Part shown: positions 28,214 to 37,785 of the stretch, one piece after another
How positions within the stretch are numbered: the first letter of the stretch is position 1
How the letters are laid out: each line of letters opens with the position of its first letter
Virus record (IMG/VR): IMGVR_UViG_3300037541_000451
Location: 13,730-77,729 of that record
Length of the DNA stretch: 64,000 nucleotides
DNA from: a virus
Taxonomy: Duplodnaviria; Caudoviricetes
Direction: 5' to 3' (one strand)
Translations under genes and position numbers: made by a program
The notes under the pieces: generated by a model
The model's database searches: none
Seen by the model: only the letters and a program-made list of their open reading frames with translations
What the model was told of the DNA's origin: nothing

Positions 28214-29781
28214 AACAAATTACTCCATTTCCAGGCGAGATAGCCTTCGAGTTTCTGGCGGTCGTTATCCGTTATTGCTGAATACAGCACAACAACTTCC
28301 TTGACAGCAATGTGCGAACAAAATTGACCTACTAATGACCCCCTAAGCGACCCCACGCTGAAACCATCAGCGGTGCTCCCCAGGCTGCCAGTTGTGCTAT
28401 ATGCTATTGGAGTTGCGCCATCGCGTGACAACCTAACATTGTTAGGTCCAGCCAACTGCGTGTTCCAGCCTGCGAAAATATGATAGCCACCACCTATGTC
28501 ATAACTGATATCTGACGTACTGACATCGGTCGCCCACCCCGCAAAACCAACAGTGGTTCCACTAGCTTGTCGATAAAAACTACGAATAGTACCAGTGGTA
28601 CCAGTTTCACCTACGCCCATTGGAAGGTCTTGGCTTACACTACCAGTAACCATCCTCATCACGGTGAGCATAGAAACTGAGGTAGATCCCCCTGCCCCTG
28701 TAGTATTGTTGAACAAATAATCATCAGAACCATCAAAGGTAATAGTTCTATTGACTGCATCATAAGCAGGTTGTTGGGCTGCTACTGCTTGACTGATATT
28801 TCGTCCTTGCCCGCTTTTATCCGACCACTGCGAGACGTTTGAGCCGTTCAGCGCGATCGTGCTAGCGTCGTTTGCGTCTAGCCACAGGGCCAGCGAAGAA
28901 CCCAAGCTAGATGGCGACCAGAACGCTGTGCCAAAACCAAAAGCACGACCGTCCCAGCGGTATGGGTGATCGGAGGGCAGATTGGCTTCAAGGCCCCACT
29001 TCCACGCTAGGTAGCCTTCGAGTTTCTGGCGATCAGTGGTTGATAGTGCGGTATTGGTATAGACGACTTCACCAACAAAGCCGAGCATCTGGTTGGCGTT
29101 TAGCGTTACACCGTCATCGGTGGAAGTGCCTCCAATAACAAGCGTGCCGCTGTCGGTATCCGAATTGTTACCAGAAGAGGGGAAAGAACCTGTTGCACCA
29201 GCAGCGCCGTTAATGAACTGGTCAAGTGCCCCTGCAGAGTATCTTGCAACGCCCACCTGAATTACGTTTGTGCCGTTTGTATATATAGGCGGGGTAGATA
29301 CTAACATTGCCCCCTCTGCATCTAACCTTCTTGCTGCAATGCTTAACGTTCCTGCGGCTAGTAATATTGTTGCAAGCCTAACGCCTGTACCAGTGTTATT
29401 CATAGCTGCAATGGGAATGCGCTGGCTTGTGAAGTTTGTGTAGTTCAGCACTGCCGCCACAGTTGCACCCGGAACATTCCGCAACAGCGCACCGGGGTTG
29501 GCGTTGAACAGCCAGTCCGCGCCGTCAAACGTCACCACAGGCTTTCCGTTCAAACCAAACGCAGTCAACGTCGGTTGGTTCGCGGCTGTCGCCTGTGAGA
29601 CGTGCCGAGCATTGCCACTCTTGTCTCTCCACTGGCTGACGGTCGATCCGTTGAGCGTGATCGTGCTTGCGTCGGCGGCATCCAGCCACAGGGCCAGCGG
29701 AGAACCTAATTGTGCGGGAGTCCAAAAACTTTTTTTATAAACACCAGAAATTGCATTTAATCTTGTGGCTCTAAGTCTCAT
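28210..29781 (-). CDS. Lectin/LamG-like repeat-domain protein (two modules)
   Basis: Same module twice; DNA repeat near 28992-29030 matches one near 27467-27503. Confidence 0.7.
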   Translation of the reverse strand: MRLRATRLNAISGVYKKSFWTPAQLGSPLALWLDAADASTITLNGSTVSQWRDKSGNARHVSQATAANQPTLTAFGLNGKPVVTFDGADWLFNANPGALLRNVPGATVAAVLNYTNFTSQRIPIAAMNNTGTGVRLATILLAAGTLSIAARRLDAEGAMLVSTPPIYTNGTNVIQVGVARYSAGALDQFINGAAGATGSFPSSGNNSDTDSGTLVIGGTSTDDGVTLNANQMLGFVGEVVYTNTALSTTDRQKLEGYLAWKWGLEANLPSDHPYRWDGRAFGFGTAFWSPSSLGSSLALWLDANDASTIALNGSNVSQWSDKSGQGRNISQAVAAQQPAYDAVNRTITFDGSDDYLFNNTTGAGGSTSVSMLTVMRMVTGSVSQDLPMGVGETGTTGTIRSFYRQASGTTVGFAGWATDVSTSDISYDIGGGYHIFAGWNTQLAGPNNVRLSRDGATPIAYSTTGSLGSTADGFSVGSLRGSLVGQFCSHIAVKEVVVLYSAITDNDRQKLEGYLAWKWSNLL

Positions 29782-29785
29782 AATA

Positions 29786-30679
29786 TTACGCGATTAAGAG
29801 TTCGGATAATTCCAGTACTCCGTCTGTAGTACCGGCGCGAATTACAGCAATTTGGGTGTTTGCGGCAACATCAATGTCAAGTCTCTCACTCTGCCCAATA
29901 AAGTGCGAAGTTGCGCTTGCGGTTTGTGCCACGGTGCCAATAGCATACCGAATGTCAGCATTGCGAGCGTGAATGCTGATACGGCGGCAAGTAGTGGTAA
30001 GTGCGGTGTTGGCAGTAGCCGCTCCCGCTGCAAGTTGTCTAGCAACACCAACAGCAGCCAAAGTATCTACTGGCAAAAGCCCAGTAATTGTTGCTGTAGG
30101 TATCTTGTTATCAATGCTTGACAAACTGGTGTTACTGGTTGTTTGATTAGCGCTAGTAGCTGCTCCACTAGGAAGTGGTAAAGAAGCCGCACTAACAGGA
30201 ACTGCTGTAGCTCTTAATTGAGCATCTGTTAATGCAGTACTACCAACTAATTCTAGATTAGTTGCGCTAGGTACAGAAGCTAGATCAGTAGCGGTAGTTT
30301 GATTACGCCAAATCGTAGTAACAGTCGACGGCGTTACACCTGAAACATCAATAACTTGTGTAGCAGTTATTGTATTTCCTACACTTGCTCCTGTAAAAGC
30401 TGTTTTTACAGTATATGTAGTAACAACAAATTCATGATCAGCATCGCCACCACTAGCAGCATAAGGCGCGCCTGTAGCGGGATCAACAAGAACTACAGGA
30501 CTTGCATCGGCAACATCAAATGTAGGCCTTGCTTGTTTTAGCAAATTGTTAAAACCAGAAAGAGTACCATTATAGGTCTCTTTCGTAACTGTATTAATTG
30601 CAACGACCGTTGTCCCATCATTCGTTTGAATGATCCAGTTACTGGGAGTAGTACGGTCTGCGCTATCTGTAAAAGCCAT
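29786..30679 (-). CDS. Virion decoration-like protein with N-terminal PSNW domain
   Basis: TPSNWIIQTNDG...ETYNGTLSGFN; Thr/Ala-rich body. Confidence 0.6.
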   Translation of the reverse strand: MAFTDSADRTTPSNWIIQTNDGTTVVAINTVTKETYNGTLSGFNNLLKQARPTFDVADASPVVLVDPATGAPYAASGGDADHEFVVTTYTVKTAFTGASVGNTITATQVIDVSGVTPSTVTTIWRNQTTATDLASVPSATNLELVGSTALTDAQLRATAVPVSAASLPLPSGAATSANQTTSNTSLSSIDNKIPTATITGLLPVDTLAAVGVARQLAAGAATANTALTTTCRRISIHARNADIRYAIGTVAQTASATSHFIGQSERLDIDVAANTQIAVIRAGTTDGVLELSELLIA

Positions 30680-30735
30680 TTTGTTTCCTTAATACTAAGA
30701 GAAGGCATTTCCCACAATGTGTGGGGATTTTAACT

Positions 30736-31305
30736 CTAAACTACATGCCAATTTCCGCCTCTATAAATTATTGTGAGGCTTTCATACGGCTGTTGAAGTA
30801 CTTTGGTTGTGACACCATCAATCTTTTGAGAATTAGTAGCTTTAATAGTAACCTTTCGATTACCTATGGGCGCACCAATCTCGAGCTTTACTATTAGCTC
30901 AAACCCATCTATAACTGTATCTATCAATGAAACGATAACAGGCTTTTCGGAGTTAACTCCAATATACCAGTCATTTGTTTCAATAGTATAGTTTTTATCA
31001 ATTAACAAAGTCTTTTTATCACACTTGCAACATTTTACAGATAATATACCATCTTCAGTGATTGATAAGCATTCACCAACTTTGATAGCACCTAATGTAG
31101 TTTCTGTTGCAGGTTTAATTGTAGGCGCAAATCCTGGAGATCCTTGCGGGCCTTGTGGACCTGGAGGTCCAGGAGGACCAACACTTCCAGCAGGATTTAT
31201 TGTAGTGTTTTTGATAAACACATCATTATCTTCTGCTGTAGTAAACATTACTGGCGGCGGAGGACACATCATAAATGAGCTCCACCCAAATGGGTTATTT
31301 ATCAT
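30736..31305 (-). CDS. Collagen-repeat fibre protein
   Basis: GPPGPPGPQGPQG; ATETTLGAIKVG. Confidence 0.7.
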   Translation of the reverse strand: MINNPFGWSSFMMCPPPPVMFTTAEDNDVFIKNTTINPAGSVGPPGPPGPQGPQGSPGFAPTIKPATETTLGAIKVGECLSITEDGILSVKCCKCDKKTLLIDKNYTIETNDWYIGVNSEKPVIVSLIDTVIDGFELIVKLEIGAPIGNRKVTIKATNSQKIDGVTTKVLQQPYESLTIIYRGGNWHVV

Positions 31306-31322
31306 CAGATTTCCTTTAAAAG

Positions 31323-31347
31323 CCCCACAACTGTTTAGGTTGTGGGG
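31323..31347 (-). terminator. Intrinsic terminator
   Basis: CCCCACAAC/GTTGTGGGG stem followed by CTTTT on the minus strand. Confidence 0.7.
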
Positions 31348-31357
31348 TACTTTAGAA

Positions 31358-32332
31358 TTACCTGATATTGGTATTCGTATTCGCAGGATTAGCGGTCAAT
31401 GTACCGCTACCAACGTTGATTGCTTCGTTTGTAGAACGAATGCTTTGGGACAGACCCCAAAGAACATTATAGAGTTGCCCCCATTGCTGCTGTTGCTGTT
31501 GTTGTTGCTGCATTTGATTGATGTTATTGGTTGTAGTAACCTCAACACCACGGGTAACTGCTCCAGTATCTAACTTAGCTTGTAAGGCGATTACAGCTGC
31601 GTTAGCGTCAGAGAGCTGACGATTAAGAGTGGCTTCGTATTGGGACACAATGAGCGCACGAGTCTTTTCACCATCATTCGAGACATCCTTAGACAGCTCA
31701 TAACGGTTTTGAAGAACTTGTGTAGACAGACCATTCAGCTGCTGAGCAAGCACCATTGTGCCAGCATTTACAGCTTCTTTAGTGCCATCGATGCGAGCAG
31801 CCAAAGAGGAAGTAACGTTATTCAGTTGGTTAGTGATACCGATAGTTTGGTTGGCTTGAGAAGCCTCCATGGCAGCTGTAGAGACTGCAACAGATTTATC
31901 AACAGCACCAACAGCTTGCATCAAGTCCATATTGGCTTGATTTTGCTCAGGAGGGTTGCGGAGGACAGCTCCACCAACAACACCAGCACCATCATTACCA
32001 CCAAGCAAATTGCCGTTATTACGCAGCAGACTGCCAAGGATCAGGCCACCAATAAGGCCACCACCACCAGCACCGCCACCAAACAGACCATCACCGCCGC
32101 CTCTTCCAGCAAGAGCAGCCATCATCATTGCCGCATTGTCCGTACCGCCTACATTGATCGTTTCGTTAGCCATTTTATCCTCTTTTTCTTCGTGTTTTCG
32201 GATTTTTTCAACAGCTTTCCATAGAGCATCTGTAGATGCTTCTACTTCACCAAACTTAGATGCATTTTCCATTGCATGCTTAAGTAAGGCATCCTTAAGA
32301 CCCGGTAATGTTTCCGGGATATTCATATCCAT
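31358..32332 (-). CDS. Gly-rich/coiled-coil protein with polyQ; two candidate in-frame starts (32332, 32173)
   Basis: SD AAGGA before MDMNI and GAGG before MANET; GGLIGGLILGSLL; EKTRALI; Q9. Confidence 0.7.
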   Translation of the reverse strand: MDMNIPETLPGLKDALLKHAMENASKFGEVEASTDALWKAVEKIRKHEEKEDKMANETINVGGTDNAAMMMAALAGRGGGDGLFGGGAGGGGLIGGLILGSLLRNNGNLLGGNDGAGVVGGAVLRNPPEQNQANMDLMQAVGAVDKSVAVSTAAMEASQANQTIGITNQLNNVTSSLAARIDGTKEAVNAGTMVLAQQLNGLSTQVLQNRYELSKDVSNDGEKTRALIVSQYEATLNRQLSDANAAVIALQAKLDTGAVTRGVEVTTTNNINQMQQQQQQQQQWGQLYNVLWGLSQSIRSTNEAINVGSGTLTANPANTNTNIR

Positions 32333-32381
32333 ACCAATTCCTTTATTATTGATTACGGATCTACGTCCGCTTAATCTATGA

Positions 32382-33728
32382 TTAGAACATAAAGCCTCTA
32401 GAGACACGCTTTGAACCTTGATTCACAGGGAACAAGTACTCAATACCATATCTAAGACCATCCGAGAAGTGTTCTATGCTTTCTGACTTGTCAATCGCAG
32501 CAACATCAGGGTTTTTGTCAGCCCAAATAGTCCTTTCTAAAGATGTGATAACACCTTTACAACGAGGGTGGATGTACATGTCAACCACGCCTGCTGCATT
32601 AAGAAGTTTTCTATTAACAGCGTTTACAGAATCAATTATAGGAGGTGCTTTCGGATGTGAGAGACACGTTATGCCGTGAGATTCTAATATGCTAAAATCT
32701 GTTCTACCCACTGGTGCAGATGTTTTCCTAGCCTTTCCTGAAGGATCAGGATAAGCATAGATCTTATGACCTTTATACTTTTGAGATATGACTTTTGCTA
32801 AAGTCTCAGTATCAGGATGTCCTTTAAACTCATCTAATACATGGATTTGTTTACCACGGATTGCCATTGCTGAGGAACACTGAAGACCTACGTTAAAGTC
32901 TATATTAACATGAACGTCTTCACCTTTTTCATCATCCCTAGGCGGTTCGAAGTAAGGTAAGTCGTTCTTAACATGGAGATCTCTACTAAAGCAATAAAAG
33001 ACTGTGTTACCAGACTCCTTAAAGCTTGCCAGATACTCCGAAGCAAATGTTATAGGATCTAATCTTTGCTTAAGCTTTTCAATTTCTTCAGGGTCTAAGA
33101 ATGGAGAACTCTTATAATCAAAGTGATAAGACTTCCAATCATTATCTGAAGATTGATTTGTATACAACTCATGAAAGTAGTTGTAGCCTTTGGGTGTGCT
33201 AATTATTAAAGCACGACCTGGTGATCTTGCTTTAAAGAACGCTGCACGTTGTTTAGACCATCTAGTGATGATGGCTGGCTGAATAACACCTTCCCAAGCT
33301 TCCTTTGGTGCAATTCCTTTATGGCACGATGAAACTTCGTCCCACACTACAAGATAGGCGCCTTTACCACGAATTCTTTCAACTGATTCGTAAGATAAAA
33401 GCCTTAGCTCTACCTTGTTAGGAAAAACAAATCTGCCAAGATCACGTGAAGACTTAATGGCAAAATGCTCCAAGCCAATATCGTAATTGAGAAGAGGGTA
33501 ATAAATATCAGTGACTTGATCATGTGTAGGTGCAATTATATAAACAACCTTATTGGGAACTGATTCGGGTAGTTCCATCAATTCAAACACAGCACTAGCT
33601 CCAGCAGTAGCGGCAGTAAAAGACTTACCCCAGCCACGAGAGCAGCACACTACACTGAATCTGCAAGCTTTGTCTACAAAAAGATCTCTGAATACCTTAG
33701 ATTGACCTTCATGAAGATTTATTGGCAT
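32382..33728 (-). CDS. terL: Terminase large subunit
   Basis: Walker A RGWGKS, Walker B LVVWDE, IDFN nuclease Asp, HFSDGLRY. Confidence 0.95.
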   Translation of the reverse strand: MPINLHEGQSKVFRDLFVDKACRFSVVCCSRGWGKSFTAATAGASAVFELMELPESVPNKVVYIIAPTHDQVTDIYYPLLNYDIGLEHFAIKSSRDLGRFVFPNKVELRLLSYESVERIRGKGAYLVVWDEVSSCHKGIAPKEAWEGVIQPAIITRWSKQRAAFFKARSPGRALIISTPKGYNYFHELYTNQSSDNDWKSYHFDYKSSPFLDPEEIEKLKQRLDPITFASEYLASFKESGNTVFYCFSRDLHVKNDLPYFEPPRDDEKGEDVHVNIDFNVGLQCSSAMAIRGKQIHVLDEFKGHPDTETLAKVISQKYKGHKIYAYPDPSGKARKTSAPVGRTDFSILESHGITCLSHPKAPPIIDSVNAVNRKLLNAAGVVDMYIHPRCKGVITSLERTIWADKNPDVAAIDKSESIEHFSDGLRYGIEYLFPVNQGSKRVSRGFMF

Positions 33729-33881
33729 TCAAGGGAACCTCTTTAGACGGTATCTCTTCAACATTAAAGGACACAATCCTGAATCCAGTATTGTTTTGAG
33801 GATTATTTCCAAACATTTTGAAGAGATATTGAAAAAGTTGCAAGTTATTCTGTGGTGTGCACACAGCAAAAGTCTTTTCCA

Positions 33882-34046
33882 CTATCCTTCCTTTCTAGAA
33901 GGGTAGTATACACATTCAACTTTGATTAAATCTTCAACTTTATAATGCAACTTAAACTCAATTACATTATCAGGAAGATTTAACTTATCTTTGATATACT
34001 CGAATAATTCAATAGCATCTTTGCTATTAGAATGTATCGGTGTCAT
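33882..34046 (-). CDS. Hypothetical protein
   Basis: Likely start MTPIH at 34046, overlapping the terS end. Confidence 0.5.
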   Translation of the reverse strand: MTPIHSNSKDAIELFEYIKDKLNLPDNVIEFKLHYKVEDLIKVECVYYPSRKEG

Positions 34047-34473
34047 CGTCTTGATCGACATTTGGGATACGCTCCGGTTCATTAACCACGTATGTTTCAC
34101 CATCTTTTGTGAGATTCACAATTAATGCTGGAAGCTTTTCTTTAACACCATCATCTAATTCAGGTACGCGACCGTACTTATACCTTAACAGCTTCTCTGC
34201 AATTTGAATTTGCTTATCATAAACTGTCATCATGATCTCAGGATTGAATGAACGAGGTTTTCCAGAGGCACCTAGTTCCACAATCTCTCTAGATCTGATC
34301 TTACGCTGTCTTACGAGTTCATTTTCAAGCTCATTATATTTCTTAACAAGCTCTCCAATAGGGTCGTAATTTAGATTTCTTAATCTAGCTACACTCCTAT
34401 TGCTACCGGCATTGTACTTAGGTATCCCTGCAGTACTTCTAGGAGTATTGTAAGCATTTACAATTGATGTCAT
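34027..34473 (-). CDS. Probable terminase small subunit
   Basis: Upstream of terL; DPIGELV..., LLRYKYGRVP, acidic tail. Confidence 0.55.
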   Translation of the reverse strand: MTSIVNAYNTPRSTAGIPKYNAGSNRSVARLRNLNYDPIGELVKKYNELENELVRQRKIRSREIVELGASGKPRSFNPEIMMTVYDKQIQIAEKLLRYKYGRVPELDDGVKEKLPALIVNLTKDGETYVVNEPERIPNVDQDDDTDTF

Positions 34474-34784
34474 TCTTGATCCTTTGATCTTAGCTCATTG
34501 ATTTTACCGATACCTAAGAAACAAGATACCTTACCATTTGTTGCAATTATGAGCCAATCTTCATTTTTCTTTCTATATAATACAAAAGCTAGCTTATTAG
34601 ATTCTATTAGGCCAATCCATTGTGCGTTTAATTTGTTTTTAACAGCAAAGTCTTCTACATCGACTGCACTTTCACAGAGGATAGGTAAGGATTGCTGACT
34701 GGGTTGTGCTATTACACCACGAGAGAGGGTGAGTATAGCGGACACTACGAGAAACTTTACACAAAAGCGAGTAAATGACTTCAT
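34470..34784 (-). CDS. Secreted/periplasmic hypothetical protein
   Basis: Signal-peptide-like N-terminus; two Cys. Confidence 0.6.
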   Translation of the reverse strand: MKSFTRFCVKFLVVSAILTLSRGVIAQPSQQSLPILCESAVDVEDFAVKNKLNAQWIGLIESNKLAFVLYRKKNEDWLIIATNGKVSCFLGIGKINELRSKDQE

Positions 34785-34885
34785 GATTCACCGTCCCTTT
34801 CCTGGTTTTTCGGATCCGTTAGACTAACCACAGAAAAATCATCATCTTACTGAAATTCCCGCCTAAGACGTCTTTATGATGTCAT

Positions 34886-35086
34886 TAAGAATATATAAGA
34901 CAGAATATCATATTTAAAATTTATAAGAACGTTTAAGACAGAATCATCAGATAAAACATCTTGTTAGTTAGTTTATTTTTAATAAATTATAAATCAACTA
35001 CAAACTAAATAAGTTATTTAAATTAATGAAAACTAACAACAAAACATATAATGTCTTTAAGAACGTTTAAGACAGAACTTTCAGAT
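34886..35086. repeat. Three direct repeats TAAGAA(CGTT/TATA)TAAGACAGAA around an AT-rich core
   Basis: Copies at 34886-34905, 34924-34952, 35058-35086; 9/60 GC at 34981-35040. Confidence 0.8.
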
Positions 35087-35119
35087 TATTTTCCTGTTAC
35101 CCTAACAGGGTACATCTTT

Positions 35120-35138
35120 GGGTTAATTTAACGGGTTT
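35120..35138 (-). promoter_or_regulatory. Phage RNAP promoter candidate, copy 2
   Basis: Identical to copy 1; upstream of terminase/structural block. Confidence 0.8.
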
Positions 35139-35161
35139 CTCTAAACGTTTATATATAATAT

Positions 35162-35466
<305 letters not shown>

Positions 35467-35473
35467 TTTAATT

Positions 35474-35791
35474 TTATTTTTTCGATAAGAAAGAGAAGAG
35501 ATTAGCCAAGCTTAATTTAACTTTAGGCTGATCTGGTGCATCAGAAACAGAACATTCCTGATAATAGTAAGCAATGTTTCCAAAATCTGGACAGTTCAAA
35601 AACTGCTCATTTATCTTATCAATATATTTCTTAGCTTCTTTTTCGCTTAAGAAACAAACTCCAAGAGGATGTCCTTGATAATAAGGATCTGCACAAGGTT
35701 TACAAGCTACATACACTTTCATCAGAATCTCCTTCGTCTTCTGGATGACGTGTTGAAGGACCGTTGTAAAATGGATTCTTAATCCATACAT
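35474..35791 (-). CDS. Hypothetical protein
   Basis: Real start probably MKVYV, overlapping the upstream stop. Confidence 0.55.
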   Translation of the reverse strand: MYGLRIHFTTVLQHVIQKTKEILMKVYVACKPCADPYYQGHPLGVCFLSEKEAKKYIDKINEQFLNCPDFGNIAYYYQECSVSDAPDQPKVKLSLANLFSFLSKK

Positions 35792-35888
35792 CCCGTGGAT
35801 CTAGAATCCAAGCACGATCTGGATTTTCTCTACCGACATTCCTTGCATACTCATACATCGCATCACTGTCTGTGGCTAGCATAATCAC
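35700..35888 (-). CDS. Hypothetical protein
   Basis: RAWIL..RDVWIKNPFY.GP motif. Confidence 0.65.
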   Translation of the reverse strand: MIMLATDSDAMYEYARNVGRENPDRAWILDPRDVWIKNPFYNGPSTRHPEDEGDSDESVCSL

Positions 35889-36517
35889 CTTTTTGACACT
35901 TGAATATGATCCTTAAGAGAATCCCATTCTTTGTGTTTATATGACTTGTCAAACTTTACAGCTGTCTCGTGTGTAAGACTAGCTCTTGCTTTAGTCATAT
36001 AGAACTGCAAGATAGGGTATGGATTAAATTTAATCCTTTTGAAATCACCGTTTATATTGAGTTTGAAAATCAACCTACAACTAGCGTCTACCGGTAATGC
36101 AAATTTTTCTTCATTTGGTGAGAATGAAGCTGTTTGAAGAAACACTGAATTCGTAGAGCTATAATGCATATTAGCATATAGTAGCGAGCCCTGGAATGCA
36201 GCTTGAATTGCTGAATTATGCTCAAACCACTCTGGCAATTCACCTTCAAACCATTTATGTTCGATAAAAGTAAATCGAGTACCTACTTTTCTTACTTCAT
36301 CGAAGCTATAATAAAATTTGCCGTATGGACGGCAAAATACGTCCTGCATTTCTACATACCTAGATTTAGTATGTAGTGCTGCGAACTCATTACCTTTAAT
36401 CTGATTTTCTGTTCCAGAACCTTTATTAAAGGTTTTACGTTTAACTGCTTGAGCTCTCAAATATTTAATTTGAGTAGCACTACGCTTAACTAATTCGGAT
36501 GCGCTAAAAGTAATCAT
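35885..36517 (-). CDS. Possible PD-(D/E)XK nuclease-like protein
   Basis: FSASEL...YSFDEV...FIEHK pattern. Confidence 0.4.
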   Translation of the reverse strand: MITFSASELVKRSATQIKYLRAQAVKRKTFNKGSGTENQIKGNEFAALHTKSRYVEMQDVFCRPYGKFYYSFDEVRKVGTRFTFIEHKWFEGELPEWFEHNSAIQAAFQGSLLYANMHYSSTNSVFLQTASFSPNEEKFALPVDASCRLIFKLNINGDFKRIKFNPYPILQFYMTKARASLTHETAVKFDKSYKHKEWDSLKDHIQVSKR

Positions 36518-36744
36518 TTACTTCTAAGAATGTGAATTAAAGTATAATTAATTTCGCAAAGAGCATCTGAAACATTTTTATTAGATTTTGATGCTTCTCT
36601 TAAACAGTCTTCAACTACTGAAAAATGACTAATGGCTGCATCTGTTTGTTGTTGATAAGCAGGTTTCTTATTACGTGCTCTATACTTCATTGTATAAAGT
36701 TTCTGAAGGGCTACTTCTTTAGAAAGATGGGTTTTCATATTCAT
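36514..36744 (-). CDS. Hypothetical protein
   Basis: Packed, same strand. Confidence 0.5.
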   Translation of the reverse strand: MNMKTHLSKEVALQKLYTMKYRARNKKPAYQQQTDAAISHFSVVEDCLREASKSNKNVSDALCEINYTLIHILRSK

Positions 36745-37228
36745 AAAATGAAAGCTTATCGACGCCTAAACCACAAGTTGTCTCAATCTCATTTGCAATC
36801 AAAACTGCCTTTTCAGCATCAGCGCCCATTGCCATAGCACCATATGCAATATCTCGACCACTTCCAATTGCAAACTTAACTGCTTCAGTCAGTTTAGATG
36901 GAACAGGGCCACCTTCAAAGAGATAAATCTCTTCGCTTTTATGTGGAAATTCTCCTTCAACAATGACTAAAAGAAGAGGGTCTGCTTTGTTTTCACGTGC
37001 TTTTTCAGGGAAGGTGCTTGGAGTAGAATCTTCATTTAACCATTTTACTAATTCTAAAGCAAGTGGAAGAGTGCCTGCATATCCATAAAAATATTTCCTA
37101 CTTCGAAAAATATGATTAGATTTATCAGAATATCCTATTCCAATTTTAGTTACTGGGGCCTTAATGCCGTTATTTACACAAAGTTTATCTGCTGCTAGTG
37201 TTTTACCATCCCAGACAATAACAGTCAT
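36719..37228 (-). CDS. Ntn-hydrolase (HslV/proteasome beta-like) protein
   Basis: N-terminal M-T-VIVWDGKTLAADK; AIGSGR..AYGAM. Confidence 0.75.
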   Translation of the reverse strand: MTVIVWDGKTLAADKLCVNNGIKAPVTKIGIGYSDKSNHIFRSRKYFYGYAGTLPLALELVKWLNEDSTPSTFPEKARENKADPLLLVIVEGEFPHKSEEIYLFEGGPVPSKLTEAVKFAIGSGRDIAYGAMAMGADAEKAVLIANEIETTCGLGVDKLSFYEYENPSF

Positions 37229-37428
37229 TGGCCTGATCCCTTTTCCACTTTATTGAGTTCAAATATTTCCGTGCTAATTTCCGGCAACTCGTACCACTTC
37301 TTAGAACCATAGAACTCATTAATATGCATATTCCTTGCTAACTGTCTTGCTATTGCAACATTATTAGCCTCGACAGTGTATTCACCACATTTTTTGTGAG
37401 CATCAAAAGTTTCGACGAGATACCTCAT
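37225..37428 (-). CDS. Hypothetical protein
   Basis: Overlapping stop/start. Confidence 0.6.
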   Translation of the reverse strand: MRYLVETFDAHKKCGEYTVEANNVAIARQLARNMHINEFYGSKKWYELPEISTEIFELNKVEKGSGQ

Positions 37429-37700
37429 TTTATCTCCTCAATAAATTCTACATCACCAGACGCAATCCAATGAATGTCTAAAATTACAGATTTTATAGAA
37501 TTAGTAGAAATTAAAGCCCATTCACCTGGATATGGATCTTCTTCACTCATAAGCCATGATGGTACTACTTCTAGCACTGTTCCATCAAGTTCTTTTACGC
37601 CGGGTTTTAGAATTTTATACTCAAGCTTAAGTCTTGGTTTAAACCTTACTCTAACTTTTTTGAGATGATATTGATACCAATCCATTGTTAGCCTTTCCAA
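37425..37700 (-). CDS. Hypothetical protein
   Basis: EDPYPGEWAL...WIASGD. Confidence 0.6.
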   Translation of the reverse strand: MERLTMDWYQYHLKKVRVRFKPRLKLEYKILKPGVKELDGTVLEVVPSWLMSEEDPYPGEWALISTNSIKSVILDIHWIASGDVEFIEEIK

Positions 37701-37785
37701 AATATATTAGGATTAAAAATAACAGCAATAAATGCGATTACTAGGATTGTAAAAAGACCTGCTAGATACGACAAAACAATGCAAG

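Noticed and set aside
18025-29781. Diversity-generating retroelement acting on the fibres
   Set aside because: No reverse transcriptase in the window and no template/variable repeat pair differing only at adenines was seen; cannot be excluded outside the window.
34886-35086. CRISPR-like mini-array
   Set aside because: Only three short repeats with very unequal spacing (about 18 and 105 nt) and no cas genes.
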